A stretch of 59,508 bases of DNA, counting the filler, from Platydemus manokwari (Eukaryota), in NCBI GenBank assembly GCA_037951405.1. It is 5 parts of 5 records of this genome, joined end to end, with 100 filler letters (N's around TTAATTAATTAA, not from the genome) between each part and the next. Parts side by side here need not be neighbours in the genome. Positions count along the whole stretch, not along the records: positions 1 to 13,221 come from JBBMOY011794727.1; 4 more parts are not named here. One strand, 5' to 3'. The notes beneath the pieces were generated by a model that was not told where the DNA came from, did no database searches, and worked only from the letters and a program-made list of their open reading frames with translations. A program made the translations under genes and the position numbers. Below are positions 1 to 13,151 of the stretch, in pieces; position 1 is the first letter of the stretch, and the number at the start of each line of letters is the position of its first letter.

Positions 1-408
1 AAACATTTTATTAAACTACACTCTGAAGGATCTACCTTTGGGGATAATTGAATAATTTTTATCTAAAATCTATATTTTAAATTTGTAAGGAAAATAGCGG
101 TTCTCACGGTCTCTGTGAGATAACCACAGGCAATTTGTTTTTTCAATAAATTTTTGATTGAGCTAATCTGTGTGACTAATTGATTGTACTTCATAATTTA
201 AATAAAATTTGTTATAGATTCTTTTGTTGTTGATATAAATAAAAACAATAAAGGGACTCACGCTGTTGAGTTGTGTTCTAACAGCAAACAAATTAACATT
301 CAACCACAACCCAACAGTTGAGTCAAACCGACCATTAGGCTGAGAACTCATAAATATGTAAAACCTAAACCAAACAAATATTGGTACGTTTGTTAATTCT
401 TGTTCCAT
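1..408 (-). CDS. Partial multi-exon gene of unknown function, running off the left edge and divergent from cullin-2
   Basis: Phase-0 GT-AG introns at 387-340, 261-168 and 107-63 join open exons into (M)EQELTN|PNGRFDSTVGLWLNVNLFAVRTQLNS|ISSIKNLLKKQIACGYLTET|IKIIQLSPK. Internal exons are 78 and 60 nt with GTGAG donors. The start is uncertain and no homology is recognised. Confidence 0.45.
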
Positions 409-1431
409 CTGATGATTCACTGTAACTGAGCTCTAGCTCTGGATCACTGCTTATTTTCATTCTCAAATCAATATATAGTAACTTTCATATGGAAACTACA
501 ATTATGAAATTATTATTAAAATGGAACCAAATTTACATTATTAAAGCACTAATGATTATAATTAGTCGGACTTTTAAATTCTTATTATTATGAAACTGAG
601 TTTGTAAGACTGTAAGATGAGTGACAACATGAAATCAATTTTTAATATAGAGAAATATATGTTACAAATTTCAAATTGAGATCTTTGCAAATTACAAAAT
701 TGCAATATTAGTAAATTTTAGCTTAAGATATATTGAGAATATAATAATATCATCAATATTGTATATAACCTCATCAGTGAGAATATTCGTAGCGTTATTG
801 GACAATTGATAATTGAAGTTCAATTAGCGATTAGTTAATTAAAGTTCAACAAATCTACAATAAATAATAATGATTAAAAATACAAACAAACTTGGAATAC
901 AAATGCTATATATGTATATATTTAACTACTTAAAATGATTAAAATAAATTTTACATTTAAATAATTAATTTAATTAACATTAAAGATAATGCTGAATTTA
1001 AACTTTGGACATGTCTGTATTAAACAAAGTCATTGAATTAATCTAAATTAAAATGGCTGCTTTATAAGTAAGATATGTCCCGAAAAGATCAGTATTTTTT
1101 AAAACTTAACTAATTACTTTTTATTCATAAAATGTTTTCGTAGCTCAGGCTTTTAAAAGTAAAAACAAATTTGCATTAATATTTATTATTTTAATTGTAA
1201 TAAAGTTTATTTACAATATTTGAGTTTTGAATAAGAAATTAAGTTAATTGTTCTCACAATATTTAAATCGTTGCGATAACATCTATCAGATATGATTTGT
1301 TTTATTATATTACATTATAACTTTTAATTTAAAAGTACTAACTCTTAATAATCTTTTTCGGCTATTTTATTTTTTTAATATTATTGATTATTAATTATTT
1401 ATTTCAATTTTATAAATGGTACATTTTAGAT

Positions 1432-3019
1432 ATGTCTCTTAGACCTAAATCGATTAACTATAATGACTATTGGAGGAGATTAAGTAGTGTCGCATTGAAT
1501 GTCTTAAAATGCGAAAATGTATCCAAAATGCAATGGAATTCAAGTTTTAGCGATGTTTATGAAGTTTGTGTAGCTAAGAAGGATGGTGCAGAAATTTATG
1601 CTGAATCATTATATATGGATACCTTTATATTAATTGAGAAACACATCGAAGAAATTCAGATACAATTAATTAATATAGATATTAATGATTTCTTGCCTAT
1701 TTATGTTAAAAAATGGGAGATTCTTTATAAAGGATTGGAATATTTACATAGTTTATATAGGTTTGATATTTTTAATTTAATTAAATAGATTATTTATTCT
1801 ATTGATAGCTATGTTAATACGCAACATGTTAAAAATCGTAGACCAACCGAATCAGATATTTGCTATTCACAAGCTGTAATTAATGTCAGTGAAAACAATA
1901 TGGAGATTAAAGAAGTTTTATTTTAGCTTAAATAGTTATCTTTTAATATATTCGTTAAGATGGGTTTAGAATTATGGAAAGAAACAGTATTAAAAATAGG
2001 CGATAAATTAAAATTTAGTTTATTAAGAGAAATTGAATGGTAAATAAATTTTTAATTTTCCTTTATTTGTAGATAATTTTATTAATCGTATGACATAATA
2101 ACACAAAATCATTTCTAATCGCATATATTTTCAAATGTGAAATATCATTTATTAATGGATTGTCTTTGTTTGTAAAAAAATTTAGGGATCGTCGAGGCGA
2201 ACGAAGTGCTCAATTTGATTATATTCAAGAAGCCATCAATTCTTTGTTAATTGTCGGAAATACAATCGTTAGCAATTTAGTATGATGTTATGAGAAAATC
2301 ATGTTAATTTCTTATTGATAATTTGTTGTTTTTTTTTTGGATAATCAGAGCAAAACGTATCCGTATGAGAATCTATTTGAAAAAGATTTATTAATAGCCA
2401 CAACGAATTTTTACCAATTATGGGCTGCTGACAAGTCGTCGAATTTATCATGTTCGGAATATGTGATCCAGGTTGGTGATTTGATATTTTGCCATCATTG
2501 ATTGTTTTAAACAAAAAATGGATATTTGGTTTCAGGCATTGGAATTGAGAAGACAAGAAGAACAGAGATGTCGATTGTGTTATAGTGAATCATTGAAAAA
2601 GATATCAGATTATTTCCGTGATATCATTGTTGCTAATCAAATTGGATTCTTGAATTCATCGATTAAGAATATTATTGATAATGAATCACGAACTGGTATG
2701 ATGGTTTTCAGAATTGGATTTGTTTTTAATATTATTATCATCAATAATCATGATATTCATGAATAATATTTATCATTGTGCTATTTCATAGATTGTCATT
2801 GTGATCTCTTATATGATGATAGCTTTTGATAAATATATGAATCCATTGCTCATCATTTTGATTGGATTATTATAATTGATGATTTGTGTTTTAGATTTAC
2901 GGAATATTTTTGCATTATTATCACCGTATGATCTCTGTACGGAATTGAGGAATCGACTTTATGATCATACGGTTGAAGCTGTTCGAAATACAATCTCATC
3001 AGTTTATACAAATATTCTG
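1432..3019 (+). CDS. CUL2: Cullin-2, N-terminal ~339 aa (7 exons); C-terminal exons not found
   Basis: Exons 1432-1760, 1809-1914, 1960-2039, 2186-2279, 2349-2471, 2536-2695, 2895-3019, all GT-AG and in frame. MSLRPKSINYNDYW..W..FSDVYEVCVA..KGLEYLHSLYSYVNTQ..MEIKEMGLELW..LLREIEWDRRGE matches the CUL2 N-terminus (MSLKPRVVDFDETW..FSDIYALCVA..YLNTQ..LLREIKNDRGGE). Confidence 0.9.
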
Positions 3020-3039
3020 GTATTTATTATTTATTTATA

Positions 3040-3470
3040 TATTCCATTTCATTTATATTATTTTATTTTTCTCGCATCATTTATTGCGATTTTATTATTA
3101 TCATTATTAATATATTATTATTATCATTATTTTATTAATATTATTATTTCATTTATATAAAACTTTTATTATTTTTATTTTATTATTCTCGCATTGTTTA
3201 TTGCGATTTTATTCTTATCATTATCATAATATTATTATGATTATTTATTTTTCTTGCATCACTTATTACGATTTTATTAGCATATTATTATTTATTTCAT
3301 TTATATAAAATTTTATTATTTTATTTTTCTTGTATCTCTTATTGCGATTTTATCATTATCATTATAATAATATTATATTATTTATTCATATAAAAGTTTT
3401 TTTATTTTATTTTTCTCACGACACTTATTGAGATTTTGTTTTTCTGGCATCATTTATTGCGATTTGATTA
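3040..3470. repeat. Degenerate intronic minisatellite
   Basis: About 6 diverged copies of TTTTCTCGCATCATTTATTGCGATTTT separated by (ATT)n-rich spacers, immediately after the cullin donor at 3020. Confidence 0.75.
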
Positions 3471-3473
3471 TTA

Positions 3474-3821
3474 CTGTAAAATCCCGAGTATAAGCTGCAA
3501 CGCGTATTAACTGCAGATGATATTTTTATAAAAACTGTAAAATCCCGAGTATAAGCTGCAACGCGTATTAGCTGCAGATGACATTTTTATAAAAACTGTA
3601 AAATCCTGAGTATAAGCTGCAGCGCGTATTAGCTGCAGATGACATTCTTATAAAAATGTATTGAGGTTTTGAGGAGTGTGATGTTGAAAGTTGAAATAAA
3701 TAATCTTATCTTCGATTTGAATTGTTTTTTAGTTGTATAAGCTGCACATCATATTAGCTGCAATTCGAAAATGTTGCCGTTATGTACGTATTAGCTGCAG
3801 CTTATACTCGGGATTTTACAG
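3474..3821. mobile_element. pogo/Tigger-like MITE with TA target duplication and triplicated left end
   Basis: Left end CTGTAAAATCCCGAGTATAAGCTGCA at 3474 is the exact reverse complement of TGCAGCTTATACTCGGGATTTTACAG ending at 3821. TA flanks at 3472-3473 and 3822-3823. 61-bp unit repeated at 3474, 3535 and 3596. No ORF. Confidence 0.85.
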
Positions 3822-6800
3822 TAATAATAATATTTATAATAATAATAATATTTATAATTATAATTTTTATAATAATAATAACAATAATAAAATTATAAAA
3901 TAGGTGAAATAGAATTTACAAACATCATTGTATTGTTTTGTCACAACATGTTTTCAAGCTGGCATCCATTCTGGTCCAGATATTACTGACAACACAAAGT
4001 AATTGAATCACATATATCGACTATCGATTGTAATGGTTACTGAACTCTAAATTACTCCAGGTCTTTTAGGTTCCAACGAAAATAGAAAGATCGATAGTAG
4101 TATGGAGGATAGAGAATCGTGGAAGCATTTTTAATATGATATTTTTAATTTATACTAAATTTTGTGTCGATTTAAACAAAAAATTCAATTTAACAGTTAG
4201 TTAACGAGACCGTTTAGTAGATATTGGGAAAATATCTGAAATCGGTTGAGAGAAATTGTATCCATATTGATAAATGAGATGATAATCTAATTTATTTAAA
4301 TAGACACTTTTTCGTTGCTAATTTAATTTACGACTCAATCGGCCAATAACCTGGTTGTGAGAGAAAATTCTCAACTATTATCATTCCAGTTTTGGTAATT
4401 TTTCCATATTTTGAAAAAATATCAATTTGGGCAGCAGTTATCTATCTCGGAATCAAGCCAATCATTTATTACAGCCATACTCTAACGGTTCGAATCCAAT
4501 GAAATTTAGTTTGTCATTCACATTTGAATTCTCATTTTAATGATTTGATTGGTCGAGATTTATTGATTTGAAATTTTAAACCAGATTTCACTGATCGAAT
4601 TAAGTGTGACATTCAAGATGGAGTTTACAAGAGAATTATTTTTTGTTGTTATTCTATTTTGGTAAATACTTGATATGATCTGGTTTTCTGAGAGGCAGAA
4701 AAATTATTTGAAAAAAAAACTAACTCATAATAATATTAGTAATTATTTTTAAAAATATTTCTAAAGAATATTTTTCTACGCTCATTAAAACAAAACTTTT
4801 GATAAAAATTCTTCATAAAATTGAACGTGAATGAAAAATAATCAATCCAAAACGAGATTAATTAGAGTCTGTTTCCTTCTACAATAATTACTGTTTGCCT
4901 TTTCTTTTAATTAGGATTCCTTTACTATCATATCAACTCGTGTTTTTATTATAATTTTTTCTGAGCATCAACTTTTTCTACGGAAAAATTCTGATTAGAA
5001 TCGCATACAGTTTAGAATTTAACAATAATTTTTTGTGAAAATGTAACTTGTTGAATATGAATTGTGTTCTGAAATAGGAATTCGACATAATGCTAGTGAG
5101 ATATGCAGTAATGTGAGACCAAAATTCAAGAGGTGTTCTCCTCCAAATAATAGTAAATTGTAATGAGGTGGCTGGATTTAATTTCGGATTTAAGGTTAAT
5201 TTCCGATGTCACCGAAGCAAACTATTGCTAAACTGATTTGTAGGAATTAGCGAATTCCCATAGCTCTTACAATGACTATGATGTTGTATCTCAAATATTG
5301 AATCTACCAAGCCCGGTCATGAAGAAATGTAGGAATTGGATAGGAAGTATATCACGAAGAATTAGTAAAACAGTAAACAACAGTATCTCGACTTGTTTTT
5401 TTGAAATTATCTCTTTTGAAAATATCTCTTGTTATCACAATCATCAACCTTTTTCTTAATACAGAAAAGAACCACAACAATAAGTATAACTATACAATAA
5501 AAAATAAATTCAATATATTGAAACAAAATGTTTACAGTGGTTTTAAAAAGTTTATTGCATATTAAAAACAAATACTTCCAACAACTAGGAACGACGCTGA
5601 CATGATTGTCAAATAAATAAACTAAATCGGTTCGACTAGTTTTAGTCCATCTTCAATTAGCCTCACAATTGGATTAATATTAAGTCGTCATCAACTTTTG
5701 ATGAAAAAGAAAATATATCAAGCCAATTCTTAACACAGAAATAAACAACAACTCAATTCGAAAATGATTTTCATTCTTGTTGTAGTTATTTTCTCATTTC
5801 TCTTTGAGGGTTTAATTGTGTTTTATCATTTGCTTTGATATTTTGTGTTTTATTTTGATAATTAGCTATTATCATTATAATTAAGGCAGTTATAATTAAG
5901 CCTTTACATTGAATGCACTTAATTATAATAGACAATATGAGAGGAGAGACGTAGAAAATTCATAACTTTATTTTCATTTATAAGTAGATAATATGTTTTC
6001 AGATTTATTTTGTTTATGATAAAGGCTGAGGTAGACATATCGATTTTTTGAAAATAAGATCTTCAAAATTCGTTTGATTAGTTTTCCGTGTAAATTAAGG
6101 TTTGGTGAAACTCTTATAGTTGGTGTGATTCACATTTTATTCACAACAATTTCTGAGCTAGCTTGTATAACAAGGAATCGTTCGAATATGGAATAATTTG
6201 GTTTTAAATAAGCTATAGAATGAGATATGTTTTATAATAAAAAAATTGATAGCACATTATAATTATCTGTTTCACTGAAATATCCGTCAATTTAATTCGT
6301 TAGGAATTTTATTATAATACTGCAATTGATAAAGGAATAAATCTCTTATTACCTTTTTAGAAAAATCTATTATTTCCATTATCCAGGTCTTTAGTTACAA
6401 ATAACCCGTAAAATTATTCATTCAAAATCTAATGATTATGATTAATAAAAGTATTATTAATTAATTTTTCTGAACATTTTTTTTCAGCTTTATACTAACG
6501 ACGATCGACTGGAAAATGTTACGATGAAATTTTTCCTATGACAATGTGCAGACGATATCAATTAAAAAAAATCTTTACCTATCGCAATTTCATTTCGAAT
6601 AATTATCGATAAGTCACTTTCGATATATCACAAATGAGTCGAATATTTCTGCAGTTGAGACCAACAAATATTTCTTCAATTTTATTTCATAGATATTTTT
6701 ATTACATAATATATTTTTTATAATCTAAATCGATATTAAACGAGCTCAATAAAAATCCATATTGTAATACAAAGCTACTAGTATTTCAGTACATTCCTGT

Positions 6801-7721
6801 TGAAAATCAGTTTAAGAAAGTCAACACACAAAAGTATATTAAACCAAAAATAATTTTTTTTCTTGATCAACTTTCATTCTAAGATGCAGTGATCAATAAA
6901 TAATCGAATGAAAAATGGCAAAAAAGGAAATTTATAAAAACCAAATAAAGAAACACAAAATTAAAAATACCATGGTAAATTTTGTTTTAATCAAATCATT
7001 GATGGGATTTCATTAAAATTATAATATTTCAAATGAGCGACAATAACAGCGAAAGATCTTTGGAATCTGTGGGTTTGGATTGGTGTTGGTTTTAATTAAA
7101 TTTAATTTTCGTCTTGATTAATATGGAGAGAATGTGTGATTTTAAAACGATCGATGAGGTGACTTTGTTCAAATGTCGCTCTTGACGAAAGAACAATTAA
7201 TTTATTTAAATAATATGGTAATTTTATCGATTCAATCTTATGCTAATAATTTTTCAATGAAAGATTTTTCTTCTTTTTGCTAATCACAAGATAGAGAAAA
7301 GAAACAAGTCTAATTTTGTTTTGTTGCGCTTGTTTATTAGCCGTTGTTTATGATTTATTGAATTAAATGTGTGTTTTTTTTTAATTTTTCCGGTTGTAAA
7401 ATTATTGTTAGACTGACCTTATTGGAGTTTGGTTTTTTGTCGGCAGTTGTTGATGAAATAATGGAGCTAGCCAGCTTAATGGTAATACTCGTGTAAAATG
7501 TTTTTTTTAAATCTTGCTACATTATTGATTGTACTTGATATGTAAATGTCTCTTTAAATACCAATGGTGTAATAATTGGAATATCTGAATATATCCATAT
7601 TTGCTTATATAAGAGTTCTTCTGAAATTCTTGCTTCCTCGGATAGAGTTAAAAAATTAATTTATTGAAGTGGTGTTTTCAGTCATTAGAAATTTATTTTA
7701 GAATATATTCTCATATTTATG

Positions 7722-8100
7722 CCGTACGATTCATAAGTCCCCGTCTCTAAAACTAAGATAAAACAAAAAACACCAAATAATTTATAGTGCTTATAGTTAG
7801 CCATACAATGGTGTACCATGATAGTGCCAAAGCTTACCAAGAATTTCAACAAAATTTCAATTGTGCATCACCAGCTGGGACAACAGTGCAATATTGGAAA
7901 CAGAAGTTTGAAGAAACTGGAAACTTATACACTATGTTTCCACCAGGAAGACCGTCTGATGAAATCATGAAGGAAAAGGTGGTAAAATTTGTAAAATAGA
8001 ATGATAACACAAATCATCGAGAAACTACACGAGTGCGTATGACTTCACAGAATTCTGTTCCGAGATGTCTCAGGGTTGGAAAAAATAAAACCTTTTAAAT
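7722..8100 (+). mobile_element. Tc1/mariner-superfamily transposon 5' fragment (TIR plus transposase HTH)
   Basis: TIR-like CCGTACGATTCATAAGTCCCCGTCTCTAAAACTAAGATAAAACAA matches both ends of the 55578-56098 element. ORF 7787-7999 has FQQNFN..P..TTVQYWKQKFEETGNL..PPGRP, a DUF4817-type transposase N-terminal HTH pattern. Confidence 0.75.
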
Positions 8101-9348
8101 ATTCTTTTTTTATTTTACTTTTAAAGAGGGAGATTTATGAATGACATGGTTTTTTGATATTTTATGGGTTTTATGCATTAGATTTGATTTTTCCAAGTTT
8201 CTTTTGGAAGTCATTTACCTTCTTAGTGGAATTGGTAATAAATCACTAAACTAAAAACAATAAAAATATTTCACATGTTATGTAGATATTCCTTTTATTT
8301 ATAAAACATAATCAAAATATTTACAAAATAATCGCTTATCAAAATAAATCAAATTAGAAATCTATCTGATCTTCATTCGTTGTGATTTGCTCTAATTTTA
8401 TCGAGATCAATCACAAATAATGAAAACAATCAAAGAAAGACTGACAGTTCTGAATGCACACATTTTGATTGCTAGCGATGATAGGTTGATCATATTATTA
8501 TCAAAATCGTCAACTGTATATCGAATATGATAAACACAGAATGAATTACTCTACAACTGAATAAAAGTGCATTAAATTCTCCTGTTTTTCGGATCAATCA
8601 ATTTTGCAAAATGATTCTCATCAGAAGTATTCAAGTCGTTAAAGCGAAATCTGATCAACACCAAGATTTTCAATTTTACTTCTTCTTTTCCATTCACATC
8701 TAACAAATATTTGACTTTGTTTATGTTTTATAATTTCAATGTCGAGAACATGCATGAGAAAAACTGAAACTGTATTTCAGAGCTCAATGATATACATATC
8801 GCTTCATTGATATAAGAATTTCTCGCTTTGTGAACATGTGAGGAAAAAAATCATTTGATGAATTTTTATGATGTTGGTAATAAAGTATTTGATAAAAGAC
8901 AAAAAATACCAAACGAATAATTTTCATTGCAATGACTAATATTCCATCAGTATAGCTTCATTCATGATGCTGATATGCAATAAAATCATTGCAGGAAAGG
9001 TTAAAATATCAAATGCATCTATTGATTTTCGGCGGGAAGAATTGATTCTGTTTGAAAATATTTGATGCAATTCTATTGATAGTATGGGAATGTGTTGAAT
9101 GTTTGTCATGAATGGTGAAGGTGAAAGTTATACAAAATCAAATACTTCAATCACTATGACGACACGATTTTCGAATATTATTTGAATCAATTGATATGAA
9201 ATAAATTCTGCTTGGCCATTTGTCGCACCATTAATTATGAATTGACAAAAAATTTATTAAAGATGAGAGTTTTATATTGATCTCGCACACAGCTTAAATC
9301 GATATTGGATCGCATAAATTCCATCGATTTTAGATTTATTCAGTTTAA

Positions 9349-9375
9349 ATAATAATAATGATAATAATAATAATG

Positions 9376-9407
<32 letters not shown>

Positions 9408-9410
9408 AAT
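9349..9410. repeat. (AAT)n/(GAT) microsatellite
   Basis: Direct trinucleotide run; it produces the spurious poly-Leu ORF 9272-9508. Confidence 0.85.
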
Positions 9411-9949
9411 AGTAAAAGATTAGTTCGGCATACAACGATATTGCAAAAAGGATTAAGAATTAATATATGGATAAAAGATGGACCACATAAGTAGGAAATT
9501 AAAGTCACATTAAACGCATGTGCAAAGATGAGGAAAATACGGAAATTAGTTACTCAAAATATGAAAAATGAAAAGAAGAATATTGTTGAGGGCATGACAA
9601 TATTTCTTAATTTTGACGAACTTCCAGATAATACATATATAATAGGTCAAGGATTTTCACAATATGATTCATATAATATGTATGCACAGTGCGTGCTACA
9701 TCAATGCCAAAAGCGCCAGTAAATAATTTAGAACTAGGCCAATAGACATTGTATTGAAATGAAGATAGAATCTTAACATTTATATGATTAATATTGAGCA
9801 AACGTTGTTAGCGGAATCAAACAAGAGAATATTAACGAAGTAGATACGGATGAAATGGAATTAGTAAAACACATAATAGGAAATTTACCTACAATGAAGA
9901 AGTTGTAATTGAACCCTATTGATGAAATATTTATTATGGAAACCCATGG

Positions 9950-10610
9950 TGACGTTGGTCTTAAGTCCGATGATGATACCGGCAGCAAAGCCTCTAAACT
10001 GTCAATGAAGATTTTTGACAGAAGAAGCAACTGTGACTTGTGATATGAGATAGATATTGATAAGTTAGCAAAGCAAGTATCGAAATATAAACAGTTTTAA
10101 GGAACATACAATACATCTTGGAAAACATTAATACAGGAAAACCAAATCTTTGCTTAGGAGAAGGATTATAGGAATATTTGAAATGACATTTGGATTAACA
10201 GGAGCACCAATTAACTTTCAACGACTTATGAATACTGTGTTAACAGATGCACCCCATGCAATGGTCTATATAGATGACATATTAGTCTATTCCGAGAATA
10301 TTGATGATCACATAATAGACGTAGGAAGAGTATTCTTTAGACTAAGAAAATCAGGGTTGACAAGATAACCCACTAAATGTGAATAAGAAAGACCATCAAT
10401 GCCATTTTTTGTGACATATAATATCAGCACAAGGAATCGCATCGGATCCAGCAAAAGTGAAGAGGATAGCCAAATTTCCGGAACGAAAAACTATTAATAA
10501 TGCAGAAATATTCCTGGAAATGACAGATTATTATAGAAGATTTCAAGAAAATTATGCTAGGATAGCAATGCCGATTTATGTTTCTATGAAAAAAGCAGCA
10601 GAAGAATACA
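9950..10610 (+). mobile_element. Degenerate Ty3/gypsy reverse transcriptase relic
   Basis: FGLTGAPINFQRLMNTVL..VYIDDILVYS..H..VFFRLRKSGL (YxDD), followed by a broken thumb region ..DYYRRFQENYARIAMPIY, with stops and frameshifts. Confidence 0.9.
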
Positions 10611-12788
10611 GACAATAGAAAGAATGAAGAAGAGAAAATTGAGACAGAAAAAGTTAAAGGAAAGCAACGTAAAAAAAGAAAAATTTAAGCTGATACAAAA
10701 ACGGGAACTCACTAACGAAACTGGCAGTAAATATATGAAGTGCAATTCATTGTAAAAAATGACACAAGAATGTGTGACAACAATGACAACAGTGGGGACC
10801 ATGATAGCAATAGTTCCGAAACCACAGCAAGTAGCATATTATATGCTAGAAGTACATGGTGCCTTAATATTTCCGGAGAATGTCACAAGGACAAGGAAAA
10901 CCAATACCAATGAAACTATTTACAAAATCCCCTCAATCATTATTGCGATAATCTTAATTAAACAACATCTAGAGGAATACACGACAAACAACCCTTAAAA
11001 ATTTAAATTCCAAATATAAAGGAAAATATTATCAATATTATAAAATTTTATTATATCATCCCTCTGTTTCTGGCAATAAAAGCAACAGAGACCAATATTC
11101 ATTCAAACAAATCTGACATTTAAGCTCCGATACTGTTTTAATTATCATTACAAGGTCACCAATTAACCTGCATTTATTAATATAATATTAAAGATTAAAA
11201 ATATTTTCCAGGATTATTACAGTTTAGATTTCAATAAATCAATATTTTCACCCAGTTCAAGATTTGAATTCAATCAAAATAATAAATCCAATATTAATCT
11301 AATAATTTTAATAAAATATTATCATTATCAATGCTATTATTTAACAGATATAATCATCAATTATAAATGTGAAGAAATCATATTGACATATATTAATGGA
11401 AGAACATATCATTAAAAATGCAACAATTTTATGATTTGAACAATTTCCTTAAGATTACAGAATATTTCCAAGTGGAACTTTTCGATTGAAGGCGAAATGC
11501 TATACATGTATTTGATTCACATCATCGTCTGTATCTGATAACCAGAAATGTCCCAAAATTGTGCAATCTATTTCAATGATGTATACAATAATAGATTCAA
11601 CATGTTAGATTTTTTCCAATTTTGAACTATTTGATTTCTTATCTGGCACAAATCTCACATTGAATATTCCGATGTTTAATATTTCAAGTAATACATTTAA
11701 TAAGAATGATTTCTACATTAGTCACAGAACCAAAACAAAGCGGTGTAAATTGTATATGTGATCAATAAATTTGGATTTTGATTATCTTGTGAGGTTTGAC
11801 TTGCATTTAGTCTCATCCAATGAGGTAAACTTTCGATGTTTAAACTAGATAAATAAATATCATTGACCAGAATATAGGTTAGAAGTAACGATAGATAGAA
11901 CGGCTTCGGCGCACGGACGATATTTTGAGTATTTTCATCAAATCACTTCTTCAATTGCAAAATTAATATAAATTATAATTTAGCAACATTATTTATAAAA
12001 ACAATAATTATTACCATATTTTAATAAATATTATATTAAATATAACCATTTTCATAAAAAACAAAAAGCCATAAATATACAAATTAGAAAATATTTAAAT
12101 AGTGCAAGAGTTAATTAAAGAAAATATTATTAAAACAAAAATAAGAAAATTAAATAAATCTTTATGATTATTAAGATTTATTCAATCTTTCGATCCTATA
12201 CTTGTTTGTAAATGTAATTACAAATTATTATTCATATCTTTACATTCTTTCTACAAAATACGACTTTACTATTTTTATGACACATTTCATATTGTTCAAT
12301 CATTAAATATAAGTTATTAATAAAATTTAAAAAAATTTTTTGCTTCATTATTATTTAGAAAACTAGTTTTGAAAACATCTTCAATGAATGATTTACCAAG
12401 CATGATTGTTGTTGTTATAAAAATAGAAGATAATTATTGTTCAAAAAGATATTCAATATTATAATTTTCAAAGCTATCATCTATTCAGAAGTAGTTATAT
12501 ATCAGATTGAAAATTCAAAATCAAAATCCAAAAGATGTTGTATTTTATCTGTTCATAATTTTCAATTTATAAAATTAGTAAAACAGACCAGTCTCTGACA
12601 TCCTAACTCTCAAATCCTCGCTTTCTACGCTCGCTCGAATTTGAGAATTACAAGAGCAAAAGACTGGTCTATATTATTACTATATGATTTTACATTAAAT
12701 AAAACACTTTAAAAATTCAAAAAACTCAGAAAATTACAAAAACAAAAAAACCATACAATCAAAACCTATTAAAAAATAAATCTCCAAA

Positions 12789-13151
12789 ATGAATGTGCAC
12801 AAATGCTAAATTTGTGATTCAACGTTTAAAACCATCCAAGCTTTAAAACCTTATGAAAAATCTAAGAGTCATGTAGCAAAGCTTAATGAAATTGCAAATA
12901 GACAGCGATATATACTAAAAGAATTCAAGGAATCTGATATTAGTTATGATAAAAATAACTCAAAATTTATTCCAATCATTGGTAATAACAAAATCAAACA
13001 ATTAAGAGTAAAATTACATAACTCCAATTATCCAATAAATAAAATGGAATTTGATATCACAAATAATAACCAAATAAAACCTTATTTAGCTTATGTCAAT
13101 TTATGTAAAGAATTTGGAAAGAAACTACAATTAAGTATGTTAGATTTTTAA
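12789..13151 (+). pseudogene. Intronless 120-codon ORF relic with a decayed N-terminal C2H2-like zinc finger
   Basis: MNVHKC*ICDSTFKTIQALKPYEKSKSHVAKL...LSMLDF*. One in-frame TAA at 12807-12809 between the two Cys; the first His position is Tyr. Confidence 0.5.

Noticed and set aside
3474-3656. CRISPR-like array
   Set aside because: The units are near-identical along their whole length with no unique spacers. The context is eukaryotic, there are no cas genes, and a MITE end explains it.
12807-12809. Stop-codon reassignment suggested by in-frame TAA in relic ORFs
   Set aside because: Intact genes have no internal stops and end in TAA, TAG and TGA, consistent with the standard code.
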